From positions 45,198,001 through 45,262,000 of the forward strand of contig OX597818.1 in the NCBI GenBank assembly GCA_951406725.2: a DNA stretch of 64,000 nucleotides, read 5' to 3'. Below the pieces are notes generated by a model. The model was not told where the DNA came from. It ran no database searches and saw nothing but the letters and a program-made list of their open reading frames with translations. Origin of the DNA: Octopus vulgaris (taxonomy: Eukaryota). This document shows positions 27,763 through 40,438 of the stretch, in pieces. The number at the start of each line of letters is the position of its first letter. Within the stretch, counting starts at the first letter, position 1. The translations under genes and the position numbers were made by a program.

Positions 27763-28157
27763 ATTCTTTTCTACTCCAGGCAAAAGGTCCGAAATTTTGG
27801 GAGAAGGGGGCAGTCGATTAGATCGACCCCAGTACGCAAATGGTACTTAATTTATCGACCTTGAAAGGATGAAAGGCAAAATCTACTTCGGCGAAATTTG
27901 AACTCAGAACGTAACGGCAGACGAAATACCTGTTCTTTACTACTCACAAGGGGCTACACACAGAGGGGACAAACAAGGACAGACAAACGGATTAAGTCGA
28001 TTACATCGACCCCAGTGCGTGACTGGTACTTAATTTAATCGACCCCGAAAGGATGAAAGGCAAAGTCGACCTCGGCGGAATTTGAACTCAGAACGTAACG
28101 GCAGAAGAAATACCGCTAAGCATTTCGTCCGGCGTGCTAACGTTTCTGCCAGGTCGC
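27763..28157 (-). mobile_element. Nin-domain SINE dimer with one head and two different 3' tails
   Basis: Order is head, body, tail type 1, body, tail type 2. Confidence 0.85.
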
Positions 28158-28444
28158 AGAATAAGATATTATTAGAAAGGGATTTGACTGCTTTGTCTAG
28201 CATGCTAACTGACCATATAAATGTTCCCTCACAGGCTTCAAATATTGAGGAGAGGTATTTATGCCCAAAGAACATTCTAGCCATAATCATAACATCTTTT
28301 CTTCTGGAATAGTGGTCATCCAGACAGCGTTATCCAATGTATTCTATTATATGACTCTAGGGTTTGGTTTAGGGGGAGATTTGGCTGGTTTTTCTAGCAA
28401 GTTGAGCGATGGCGTGGAGGCTTTTATGTTTGCACGTGATACCG

Positions 28445-29040
28445 TTTACTTGCTTCAGACATTGTACTGCGGCCATGCCGGAGCACAACCTGCAAAGCCT
28501 TAGTCGAACAAATAAACTCTAGGAAATATTTTTAAAGCCCGGTACTTATATCGGTTACTTTTGCTGAACCGCAAAGTTACAGGAACGTAAACAAACTAAT
28601 ACCAGTAATCAATTTGAGGCGGTGGGGGACAAAAAACACAAAGACTCACACACATACAAACACAGATATATATACGACAGGTTTCTTTCAGTCGAGCAAA
28701 TCGACTCCAGGACTTACTTTTTGTAAGCCTAGTACTTATCTTATCAGTCTCTTTTGCTGAACCGCTAATTTACGGGGGCGTAAACACACCACCATCAGTT
28801 GTCAAGCAATGGTGGGAGCGACAAACACAGACACACAAACATATACATACACATATACATATATATATACATATACATATACGACGAGCTTCTTTCAGTT
28901 TCCGTCTACCAAATCCACTCATAAGGCTTTGGTAGGCCTGGGGCTATAGTAGAAAACACTTGCCCAAGGTGCCACGCAGTGGGACTGAACCTGGAACAAT
29001 GTGGCTGGGAAGCAGACATCTTACCAAACAGCCTCACCTA
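28445..29040 (-). mobile_element. SINE family A with duplicated middle region
   Basis: Two successive middle/3' segments followed by one head. Confidence 0.8.
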
Positions 29041-29394
29041 CCGTTGCTTTAAATAACGGAAAACAGCCCTGCTGATGATAATAGTGGTTGTGATGATGTT
29101 GATGGTGGATGGAGATAATTTCAAATTTGCTGTTATGATACAAGCGGTTGTATTAGTGATGACGATGATGATGAGGTGGCGTGGTAATAATTGCGATGTT
29201 TAATAAGCATCAAAGTGAGATTAGCTTCATGCCAGAATCTCAGTACCAGTTGGCAAATGCAGTCGATAAACAGATAACTCAAACCCAGACCTGATGCCTC
29301 AGTAAGATAAATACATTCGATATTTGGTATCAGAAAACGTGGTTGTTACAGCAGAAATTTTTTAAAATCTCAAAAACATCAACATTCAATTTTC

Positions 29395-30180
29395 TATTTC
29401 TTTATTACCCACAAGGGGCTAAACACAGAGAGGACGAACAAGGACAGACAAACGGATTAAGTCGATTATATCGACCCCAGTGCGAAACTGGTACTTATTT
29501 AATCGACCCCGAAAGGATGAAAGGCAAAGTTGACCTCGGAGAGAATTTGAACACAAAACGTAACGGCAGACGAAATACCTATTTCTTTACTACCCACAAG
29601 GGGCTAAACACAGAGAGGACGAACAAGGACAGACAAACAGATTAAGTCGATTATATCGACCCCAGTGCGTAACTGGTACTTATTTAATCGACCCCGAAAA
29701 GATGAAAGGCAAAGTCGACCTCGGCGGAATTTGAACTCAACACGTAACGACAGACGAAATACGTATTTCTTTACTGCCCACAAGAGGCTAAACACAGAGA
29801 GGACAAACAAGGACAGACAAACGGATTAAGTGGATTATATCGACCCCAGTGCGAAACTGGTACTTATTTAATCGACCCCGAAAGGATGAAAGGCAAAGTC
29901 GACCTCGGCGGAATTTGAACAAAAAATGTAACAGCAGACGAAATACCTATTTCTTTACTACCCACAAGGGGCTAAACACAGAGGGGACAAACAAGGACAG
30001 ACAAATGGATTAAGTCGATTATATCGACCCCAGTGCGTAACTGGTACTTATTTAATCGACCCCGAAAGGATGAAAGGCAAAGTCGACCTCGGTGGAATTT
30101 GAACTCGGAACGTAACGGCAGACGAAATATGGCTAAGCATTTCGCCCGGAGTGCTAACGTTTCTGCCAGCTCGCCGCCTT
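29395..30180 (-). mobile_element. Nin-domain SINE tetramer (4 x about 185 bp, single head)
   Basis: Four tandem body+tail units; imperfect TSD AAAAACATCAAYAWTCAATTTTC at 29372-29394 and 30184-30206. Confidence 0.9.
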
Positions 30181-30346
30181 ATAAAAAACATCAATAATCA
30201 ATTTTCATTAGAGTATGGCTTGTCGATTTGGATTGGCCTAAAATGCACACACATTCGCGCACGCGCGCATATATATGATTATGTATGAGAGTGTTTCTAT
30301 TACCCCACCACCAGCATTGCTTGTTGTTGTTGTTGTTCCTTCTCGA

Positions 30347-30602
30347 GCCATGCCTGGCTCATAAGGGCCAGTTTCCCGATTTCATTGACGTATAGGTTCC
30401 TCAACTGGACAGGTGAGCTGCTAGATGCAGGAGGAAAGAGTGAGAGAAAGTTGTGGCGAAAGAGTCAGCAGAAGTTCGCCATTACCTTTTGCCGAAGCCG
30501 CGTGGAGTTAAGGTGTGTCGCTCACAAACACACACACACCGCCCGGTCAGAGATTCGAACCCGCGAGTCCGCTGCTCTAACCATTAGGCCATATGCCTCC
30601 AC
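30347..30602 (-). mobile_element. SINE family C copy
   Basis: Head TGGAGGCATATGGCCTAATGGTTAGAGCAGCGGACTCGCGG; (AAC)n tail. Confidence 0.75.
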
Positions 30603-30795
30603 CAACATTGCTTAGGTTCCCTTAACTTAGCAAAAGACACGAATAGAATAACCACCAGACTTAAAAATTTAAATGTTGGGGTCGATTTGTTCTGCTGAAC
30701 ATTTCAAAGATATGTTCCAGCATGGCCGCAGTCCAATGACTGAAACAAGTAAAAGATTAAAGATATAAAGTGCAAAGTGGCTTTCTGAGCACTCT

Positions 30796-31136
30796 ATACT
30801 CTTTACTCTTTTACTCTTTTACTTGTTTCAGTCATTTGACTGCAGCCATGCTGGAGCACCGCCTTTAATCGGGCAACTCGACCCCGGGACTTATTCTTTT
30901 TGTAAGCCCAGTACTTATTCTATCGGTCTCTTTTGCCGAACCGCTAAGTAACGGGAACATAAACACACCAGCATCGGTTATATATACATATATACGACAG
31001 GCTTCTTTCAGTTTCCGTCTACCAAATCCACTCACAAGGCATTGGTCGGCCCGGGGCTATAGCAGAAGACACTTGCCCAAGATGAACCCGGAACCATGTG
31101 GTTGGTTAGCAAGCTACTTACCACACAGCCACTCCT
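30796..31136 (-). mobile_element. SINE family A with internal deletions
   Basis: Very similar to 219-640; (AAAGAGT)n-type tail. Confidence 0.88.
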
Positions 31137-31274
31137 TAAATATTTCACTAGAAATAACAACAAACAAGAGGACCTATTAAACTCTATATGAATTTAATCA
31201 GTACATGAAAATTAAAATAAAGACCTTCAGAGAGCGCATCTCGATATGCAAAAGTGAAGGATAAGCTCTCAACG

Positions 31275-32445
31275 CTACTATCATGAATGCCCTCACTGTA
31301 GTCCAACAGAAAATGGAACAAATCATGTTCGGCATCACATTGCGGAACAAGAAAACCAATGCCTGGATTCGACAGTACACGAGAGTCAACGACATTATAG
31401 GAACATCAAGGAGGAAAGGGCGGCGAGCTGGCAGAATCGTTAGCACACCGGGCGAAATGCTTAGCGGTATTTCGTCTGTCGTTACGTTCTGAGTTCAAAT
31501 TCCGCCGAGGTCGACTTTGCCTTTCATCCTTTCGGGGTCGATAAATTAAGTACCAGTTACGTACTGGGGTCGATGTAATCGACTTAATCCGTTTGTCTGT
31601 CCTTGTTTGTCCCCTCTGTGTTTAGCCCCTTGTGGGTAGTAAAGAAATAGGTATTTCGTCTGCCGCTACGTTCTGAGTTCAAATTCCGCCGAGGTCGACT
31701 TTGCCTTTCATCCTTTCGGGGTCGATAAATTAAGTACAAGTTACGCACTGGGGTCGATGTAATCGACTCAATCCGTTTGTCTACCCTTGTTTGTCATCTC
31801 TGTGTTTAACCCCTTGTGGGTAGTAAAGAAATAGGTATTTCGTCTGCCGTTACGTTCTGAGTTCAAATTCCGCCGAGGTCGACTTTGCCTTTCATCCTTT
31901 TGGGTTCGATAAATTAAGTACCAGTTACGCACTGGGGTCGATGTAGTCGACTTAATCCGGTTATCTGTCCTTGTTTGTCCTCTCTGTGTTTAGCCCCTTG
32001 TAGGTAGTAAAGAAATAGGTATTTTTTTCTGCCGCTACGTTCTGAGTTCAAATTCTGCCGAGGTCGACTTTGCCTTTCATCCTTTCAGGGTCGATTAAAT
32101 AAGTACCAGTTACGCACTGGGGGTCGGTGTGATCGACTTAATCCCTTTGTCTGTCCTTGTTTGTCCGCTCTATGTTTAACCCCTTGTGGGCAATAAAGAA
32201 GTAAGGAACATCAAGGAGAATAAATACAGATGAGCTAACCACATCAAGCGACTGAAGGGCAACAGATGGGCAGTCAGGGTGGCAGAATGGACACCATGAC
32301 AATGGGCAAAATCAAGAAGCGACCAAAGACAAGTTCGCGAGATGACCTCACCTGCTACCTGGGGCTTATATGGCTACTACTGGCCAAAGACACACAGCGG
32401 CGGAAGGAGTCCAGGGATGTGTTACTCCTTCTGCAGTGATGAAGC
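31275..32445 (+). mobile_element. RTE-clade LINE 3' fragment split by a SINE tetramer
   Basis: QQKMEQIMFGITLRNKKTNAWIRQYTRVNDII (31275-31413) resumes as KYR*ANHIKRLKGNRWAVRVAEWTP (from 32204), which resembles an RTE ORF C-terminus. Confidence 0.75.
31414..32203 (+). mobile_element. Nin-domain SINE tetramer (single head) with 15-bp TSD
   Basis: TSD AGGAACATCAAGGAG at 31399-31413 and 32204-32218; unit junction AAAGAAATAG|GTATTT occurs three times. Confidence 0.93.
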
Positions 32446-32728
32446 CCTGGATGAGAATGAGCATTGCAAGAGCGCTTGAGTTACTATAGGAAGTAAATTA
32501 ATTAAAACTGACAACATTGAATTAGACATGAAAGAGAAAATTAGAAAAGAGCAGACTAATAATGCTAACTGAACTCAACGTTAGAAATAAGATAAGGCGT
32601 TAATAAAGTAGCAATCCCGGTTATAAATTATAGTTTCTTCATAATAAATTGAAAGTTATGTAAATTTAAGAACTTCGGAAAACTATAAAATTACAAAGAG
32701 TTCTGAAAGCTGAAACTGCCGTCATAAA

Positions 32729-32800
<72 letters not shown>

Positions 32801-32801
<1 letters not shown>

Positions 32802-32959
32802 GGCGTGGTTGTGTGGTAAGAAGCTTGCTTCCAAACAACATGGTTCCGGGTTCAGTCCCACTGCGTGGCACCTTGGGCATGTATCTTTTGCCATAGCCTC
32901 AGGCCGACCAAACACTTATGAGCAGATTTGGTTAACGGAAAGAGAAAGAACCCCGTCGT

Positions 32960-32995
<36 letters not shown>

Positions 32996-33150
32996 CTCTG
33001 TGTGTCTGTGTTTGCCCACCACCACCACCACCAGCACTATCATCATCATCGATTGACAGCTGATGTTGGTGTGTTTATGTCCCTGTAACATAGCAGTTTG
33101 GCAAAAGAGACCGATAGAATAAGTACTTGACTTACACAGAATACGAAGTC
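32801..33150 (+). mobile_element. SINE family A, 3'-truncated, after (CT)n
   Basis: Head and CORE-like motif present. Confidence 0.8.
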
Positions 33151-33742
33151 TTAAATGAGGGCGACACAACACAAAGGATAACCAAAAACAAAAATAGTAC
33201 AGAGAAAAAACCTCTACGCCTAGTAAGATCTGACAGAGAAGTTGTGAGTTAATTTGAAAGCCAAAAATTGCTCAAAAGATCGAGAACAAAGGAGAAACAG
33301 AACGTGTGATTTTAGCCGGACAGTATCAATGCATTGTTACATAAACTACAAAATGAAATAATAGAATAAGAGGCTAATATAAGGTTAAAACAATACAAAC
33401 AATATGGAGAAACAAATGATTACATCATTTCTCGCTGTTCAGTTGCTGAAAAAAACAGGATATATTCACAAACATGGCCAGACAAGAAGTTATTTCCATT
33501 GGTCAATACGCCTACTACAGATCGACATGAGGGTAGAGAACTGCTATAAGTATGTGCTAAACTCGTTTGTACGAGGTGCGTTAAAAAAATATCCGACTTT
33601 TTTTAATCCCCGCAACAACTGATGCAGATGGGAGGCGACGCTACTCTTCTTGCTCAAGCGTGAAAAATTTCGCACCGGTAGGCCGCGTCAGTTACAATGC
33701 TGTTAACAATGGCCTAACAACTACGATGCTCTGAAATATACC

Positions 33743-34149
33743 TATTTCTTTACTGCCCACAAGGTGATAAACACAGAAAGGACAAACAAGGACAGACAAA
33801 CGGATTAAGTCGATTACATCGACCCCAGTGCGTAAGTGGTACTTATTTAATCGACTCCGAAAGGATGAAAGGCAAAGTCGACCTCGGTGGAATTTGAACT
33901 CAGAACGTAACGGCAGACGAAATACCTATTTCTTTACTACCCACAAGGGGCTAAACACAGAGAGGACAAACAAGGACTGACAAACGGATTAAGTCGATTA
34001 CATCGACCGCAGTGCGTAACTGGTACTTAATTTATCGACTCCGAAAGGCAAAGTCGACCTCGGCGGAATTTGAACTCAGAACGTAACTGCAGACGAAATA
34101 CGGCTACGCATTTCGCCCGGCGTGCTAACGTTTCTGCCAGCTCGCCGCT
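33743..34149 (-). mobile_element. Nin-domain SINE dimer
   Basis: Two units and one head; TSD-like TGCTYTGAAATATACCT on both sides. Confidence 0.88.
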
Positions 34150-35002
34150 TTCTGCTTTGAAATATACCTGTCCAAACTAACAAAGGAGATCTAAAACATA
34201 GTTCGAAAAGAAGTTGAAAAATCTATCAAAGTACAAGAACAAACTTTTAATCTGAATTAAGCAGGATATTGAGTTATGAAAGTTAAAACAGTATCGGTAA
34301 CAATCAAAGTATATAGACGTGATAATAAATAAATAAATAAATACTCATGAACAAAATCATTTAAAAATACATACCAGAATTTACAGATTTTCAAACAATT
34401 AGCAAAAGTCATCCTTCTAGGCACAGTTCCTATTCTCTGTAAGACTTCTTTGAATTCAGTTGCACAAATCACGCAGTACACTATCTGTACCATCGTCTCT
34501 CAGAAATATAACACAACTTACACAATATAAGCACATAATCACCCACCAGCAATTCACGTAACATGTATCATATAGTATAATCACAAATCTCATATTCGAC
34601 ACGATCGTCATGTTATACAGTAACACAACTCATTTAATATATACTCCACGCGATTATCAACCAAAAATATACCACGATTCTCATAGTCTTTAATCTAACT
34701 CTACAAAGAAAGCACTAAAGTAACATCAAGACCAACCTCACAACAAATCAAATTAGTTGTGACATACAATCGCCATACGACACTTGCTAAAAACAATGCT
34801 GCATGCTCGTACACCTCAGGGAGATGGAGGTGAACTAGGGGATGAATTAAAAGATCGGGTTTCTTTATTGCCTATATGGACGTACATAGAGGGGACAACA
34901 CAATATGATTTGGGGGTCATATACAGCGAATGATATCAAAAATTTAAAACGACAAAACGAGCAGAAAACGGAGGGGACACAAAATACAATTAAAAAATAA
35001 AT

Positions 35003-35251
35003 ATATGCGCCCTTTTAAACCTAGCCAGGCTCATGGGCCCAGTTTCCCGGTTTCAATGGCGTATGTGTTCCCCAGCTGGACGGGACGCCAGCCCATCGCA
35101 GCGTTAATGATTTTTGCCAGCTGAGTGGTCTGGAGCAATGTGAAATGAAGTGTTTTGCTCAAGAACACAACGCGTCGCCCGGTCCAGGAATCGAAACCAC
35201 TATCTTACGATCATGATGCTGACACCCTAACCACTAAGCCACGCGCCTCCA
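35003..35251 (-). mobile_element. SINE family C-related copy
   Basis: Head TGGAGGCGCGTGGCTTAGTGGTTAGGG...GGTTTCGATTCC; 3' end CCTGGCTAGG...AAAAGGGCGCAT shared with the copy at 16256. Confidence 0.78.
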
Positions 35252-35679
35252 TACAAAATACAATTACAAATAATAAAAGACAGTGTGTGGTTAAAAGAAC
35301 GGGTATCCTCCGACCCCACGAGCCCCGTCCTCTTAACCGCCACCTTTGCTAGTCTTTATGACGTGCTCACGCAGGGTCTTTCACTCCCAGCATCCGTGCA
35401 ACACGCGTCCATCTTTTTTTGAACGTACACTCTGACAGACACCTCTTTTCCAGCCCCGCCTTCCCTTTCAGGTGAAACGTGAAAACATTCACCAAGGAGG
35501 AACCAGAGACAAAGCTGTCTGTCATTATACCTTTCATTCTCGACTTCAATATCTAGGTGATGAATTAAAAGAGCGAAAAACAATGTTGGAAACGTTAATA
35601 GCAATACGTTCTAGCTCGGGTGTAGCTTCGAGGAGTCGATTATTTCAAATCCAGTACTTGACGAATAACTATATAATCA

Positions 35680-35985
35680 AATTACGGAGATGTACTTGCA
35701 AAGCGAGTGACTTGATCTGAGATCGTGTGCTGGAACGAAAACAATTGCAGCGTAGAAGGTGTTTATAAGCCATTTAAGAAACACACAAAACCGTTAGATT
35801 CACTTCAACATTTAAATTTAATTTGTCAAAATATTTTCGTCGCTTCAAGACCGCGACCTGTTCACTGTTTGTCAGTGAACAGGTCGCGGTTTCAAAGCGA
35901 CGAATAAATTTAAATGTTGAAGTGAATCTAATGGTTTTGTGTGTTTCTTAAATGGCTTATAAACGCCTTCCACGCTGCAATTGTT
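35680..35985. mobile_element. Penelope-like pLTR hairpin (arms 35740-35867 / 35873-35985) with G3-C8 hammerhead variant
   Basis: Near-perfect palindrome with a 5-nt loop. The two arms together give TTTGTCA GTGAACA G GTCGC...GCGAC GAAA ATAT TT TGACAAA. Confidence 0.62.
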
Positions 35986-36104
35986 ATATTATCAAACTCT
36001 TGAGGTTAAATCAAAAGTTGACCAAGCAGAATTTGAAATAATAACCTAAAAGGAGGTAGCTAAATATCGAAAGATAATTTTTTTGCACAGTTTCCCCGGT
36101 CATG

Positions 36105-36458
36105 TTCTCTTCCCAACCACATTGTTCTGGGTTCAGTCTTACTGTGTGGCACCTTGGGCAAGTGTCTTCTACTATAGGTTTGGGCTGACCAAAGCCTTGT
36201 GAGTGAATATGATCGACGGATACCGAAAGAAACTCGTCGATAATATGTGTGTGTGTGTGTGTTTGTGTGGGGGGTTTACTTAATATATTATTGCGTTGTT
36301 CCGGCCTTACACAACAAATTCTTTTAATGTGTTTGTGTGTGTGTGTACGTGTGTGCGTGAGTATGAGCGTCTGTGTGTATGTGTATGTATATGAGTAAGT
36401 GAGTGTGTGTGTGTGCGTGAGTATGAGCGTCTGTGTGTATGCGTATGTATATGAGTGA

Positions 36459-36496
<38 letters not shown>

Positions 36497-36720
36497 ATTT
36501 ATAGCAGTATTTGTCCACCACCGTCACATGACAACTGGTTTTGGTGAGTTTACGTTCTCGTAACTTAGCGGTTCGGCAAAGGAGACCGATAGAATGAATC
36601 CAGGGTTAAAAGGGAAAATACGTATTATGGTCGATTCGTTCGACTAAAATTCTTCGAAGCGGTGCACCAGCATGGCCGCGGTCTAATGACTGAAATAAAT
36701 AAAATAGAAAAGATGAAAGA
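36105..36720 (+). mobile_element. SINE family A with expanded internal TG-rich region
   Basis: 5' part 36105-36240 and 3' part 36510-36720; 60-bp internal duplication. Confidence 0.78.
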
Positions 36721-37181
36721 TAGCGGTAAAGATAGTCCGTCTTTACGTTCTGAGTTCAAATGCTGCTGCTGGGGTCGTCATTGCCTTTCATCCTTTCGGG
36801 GTCGATGAAAGAAGTACCAGTTACGCATTGGAGTCGATACAATCGACTACCCCACCCCCACCCAATTTCAGGCCTTGTGCCTATAATAGAAAGTGTTATT
36901 ATCATCGATGTTGTACCTGTATTTTGAGTTAATTGGACACGTTTTAACGTCTGGCTTTCTCACGTCATGAATTTTTGTGCCAAATATTTTTTTATGCCAA
37001 CCTCATTGCATTGATTCATCCCCGTTTGGATTTAAAAAGATTTATTTCTTTTCTACCACTCCTAAACAGATTAGTTACAAGCCTAAAAATCCTGAAAATC
37101 ACGCACACCTAAATACACATACATTATACACACACACACACACACACGCACACACACACATTTATATATATACGCACGCAC

Positions 37182-37231
<50 letters not shown>

Positions 37232-38217
37232 AGGAAAACATGTGCGTTTTTTGACAAACAATAGACAGGAAAAAGAAAACAAATTTAATTCCTCAGCAGA
37301 TTACATTTATTTCCCGAAAAATATGATTTTCTGAAAGAAAATGACATTATTTTGAACAATTTAAACGACTAAACAACGACAACGGTAGATATAACAGCGC
37401 GTGCATGTTTGCACACACGTTTCGACAAGCGATAAAATAAATGGAAAACTCAAATAGATAATCAGAGAAAGACTTTCCAGTCATTCTTCTTTGACAGAAG
37501 CTAATTCAAACAGATGATTCCTAAATATGAATTATCAGGAAAAATCTTCAGAGCAGACTGTGTGACAAAGGAAGGTGCATCCTTACCTCAGTCGTTTATC
37601 CAGTGACGAGAAAACGAAAACAAATTTATCTCTGTATAACAAAAGACACGAAAGTTATTTTCAAGCCATTCAAGGAGTTATCTCACGTTGATGTGTGTGA
37701 TAACATATGCTCTGTCAGCCAAGTACTATACGATAGAACTATATGTACTATTGTAGAAGCAGAAGACAAGGTAAAATGGAGGCAAACATACCACATTGAT
37801 GCGTTATGCACTTGCATAGAAGCTCGCACAAAAGTGCTTCGAGCGGTGCATCACACGGGTTAGACTAAAGGATATTGCTGACGTCCTTAACTTTTAGTTT
37901 GTCGTTACATTTGAGAAACGGTATAGGTAGAAGATAGGAAGTAAGAACTGAAGTAACCAAAAACAAGTGATCAGATGGAATCTATATGGATCGAAATCCT
38001 AATGACTTCCGAAGACGATAGATTAATTCCAGAACTGTGCCATGTTTTGGGGACTGAAAGGTAAGCTATGATACTGTGTTGCAGTAAAAGAATTCCATTT
38101 GTTGCGCATATGGTAGTAAGAATCACTTGAAGGCTTTCCCTCATATTAATCTGATTCGCTTCTTTTGCCCACTACTTGTGCGGGCTGCATATTTGTCAGC
38201 TATATATATATATATAT

Positions 38218-38400
38218 ATAGGGAAAGTTTACGAAAATAAACAAAAGACGGAGGCAGCTAGAGTACAAATAAACAAATGTATTAGTATAGCGCTCAGGAA
38301 TAGAAAAAGTTTTTTTACGTTTCGAGCCTACGCTCTTCGGCAGAAAGGTACACAGGAAAAAACAAGGAGAGAAAAAAATGCGTGTAGTAGCTAACGATCT
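38218..38400 (-). mobile_element. Penelope-like pLTR with variant hammerhead (CTGCCGA core, 38312-38347)
   Basis: Reverse complement reads CTTT CTGCCGA A GAGC gtag GCTC GAAAC GTA AAAA; flanked by TA repeats. Confidence 0.6.
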
Positions 38401-38474
38401 ATATATATGTATATATATATATGAGAGAGAGAGAGAGATATATATACATACATACATATACATACATGCATACA

Positions 38475-38545
<71 letters not shown>

Positions 38546-38548
<3 letters not shown>

Positions 38549-38706
38549 GGTCCCGGGTTGAGTCGGGGTTAACCACAGTAAATAAGGTACTCAATACATA
38601 GCAGAGTAAATTAATTTATTTTATAGAAGGAGCTTCTACAGGACTAGAACTGTTTCGAATGAAACAGTTCTAGTCCTGTAGAACTCCTTCTATAAAATAA
38701 AAAATT
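38546..38706. repeat. TA-flanked insertion ending in a hairpin with about 45-bp arms
   Basis: ttattttatagaaggagcttctacaggactagaactgtttc gaat gaaacagttctagtcctgtagaactccttctataaaataa. Confidence 0.8.
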
Positions 38707-38713
38707 AAAAAAA

Positions 38714-38744
<31 letters not shown>

Positions 38745-39320
38745 AATTTATCGTCGTGAGTTAAAACAATATGCCACTGGTTGTGGTATATAACTAGATA
38801 GAATGTTACTGTTGGATTTTCGCCGATTATTGCTACTGGACAATATTGACGTCTCTTCAGATATACTACAGCATGTCAGAAGAGATATCAACACACACAT
38901 ACTCACACTCATATCCACATACACACACGACACATACAAGCAGGTACGAACGCACGCACGCACACAAACACACACGCACACACATACAAACACACACACA
39001 CACACGTATATAATTTGTTTGTGTAGCACCGTGTTCTTTATCTAACTTGATGATGTAACTTAGCTGTAGGTCATCTCTTATCGAACAGACCAACGATTAA
39101 AGACATTTCAGCCGGGACCATCCCGTCTCTATTTACATTATTTTTCTTATTTCTGTTGAAGTACCTATGACTACAAAAATCTATATATATTTCCTCCGAC
39201 AATTTGGTGTGATTTAACGATTTAGCTACTATTTCTGGCATGTCGAGTGTTTATAGGGGTATTTAGACCACTGGGATATAAACCGTATACAAGACATTAT
39301 TCACTATTGCAGTCGTTGCT

Positions 39321-39682
39321 GTTGAGCGTAGCGGTCTTCGTCCTAGTGGGAGAAGTCCGAAACGTGGTCCTTTGCTATTCGTAAGACCCGCAGAAGAGAA
39401 AGCAGGTCAACCCCCGATACCGAGAGCATCGACGGATGGATGAATGCGCATCCAGGCTCAGCGGTTACGTAGGAAGTCGGGGACAAGAAACAGGAAGAAA
39501 GAGTGAGAGAAAGTTGGAGCGAAAGAGTACAACAGGGGTCTCCACCACCCCCCGGCGGAGCCTCGTGGAGCTTTAGGTGTTTTCGCTCAATAAACACACA
39601 CAGCGCCCGGTCTGGGAATCGAAACCGCGATCCTCCGACCGCGAGTCCGCTGCCCTAACCATTGGACCATTGCGCCTCCACT
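39321..39682 (-). mobile_element. SINE family C, full length, with alternative 3' tail
   Basis: Intact tRNA-like head; TSD-like TGCAGTCGWTGCT on both sides. Confidence 0.85.
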
Positions 39683-40132
39683 GCAGTCGATGCTTTAAGT
39701 GTATCAGTGACGGACAATTTGTTCACGTGAATAAATTAGTTATCTTCTCTTCAATTCTTTTCTATTACTTTTGCCCTGTTTTACACACGGTTGACAGAAA
39801 CTCTTGGTATTGCTGCTACCTTAGGTATTTAATGTTCTTTCACTATACACAGTTGAGATACCATCAAATGTTTTACTATAGTCACTCAAAGCTATACTTC
39901 AGTTTTCTCTCAGTTTTCTCTCAGTTTTCTCTCAGTGTTATTTTCTACTTTCACTTTGTCTACTCAGGAGTTAGTCCTGCCATCTATATGTTTCTTTATG
40001 GCATTCCTTATAGTCATCTGATAAAATTTTCTATTTTTAAGATGTTCTTGCAGTCTACCAGAGATATGGATGCTGAGGTTTCACGTATTGTAAATAGACA
40101 AATGATAGCAAATGTAATTCTTTTGGATTACT

Positions 40133-40357
40133 TTTTTACTCTTTTACTCTTTTCAGTCATTTGACTGTGGCCATGCCGGAGCACCGCCTTTAGTCGAGCA
40201 AATCGACCCCAGGACTTATTCTTTGTAAGCCTAGTACATATTCTATCGATCACTTTTGCCGAACCGCTAAGTTACGGGAACGCAAACACACCAGCATCGG
40301 TTGTCAAGCAATGTTGGGGGAACAAACACAGACACAGAAACATAAACACACACATAT

Positions 40358-40438
<81 letters not shown>

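Noticed and set aside
29395-32203. Regular 185-bp repeats as a CRISPR array or hammerhead retrozyme
   Set aside because: There are no unique spacers and I found no CTGANGA/GAAA fold in the unit on either strand; the units are SINE bodies.
33570-33720. Mariner-like terminus TA-CGAGGTGCGTTAAAAAAATATCCG
   Set aside because: No matching second TIR or transposase remnant was found.
39605-39682. tRNA-Arg gene
   Set aside because: It lacks a proper acceptor stem and continues into a repeated SINE body, so it is a SINE head.
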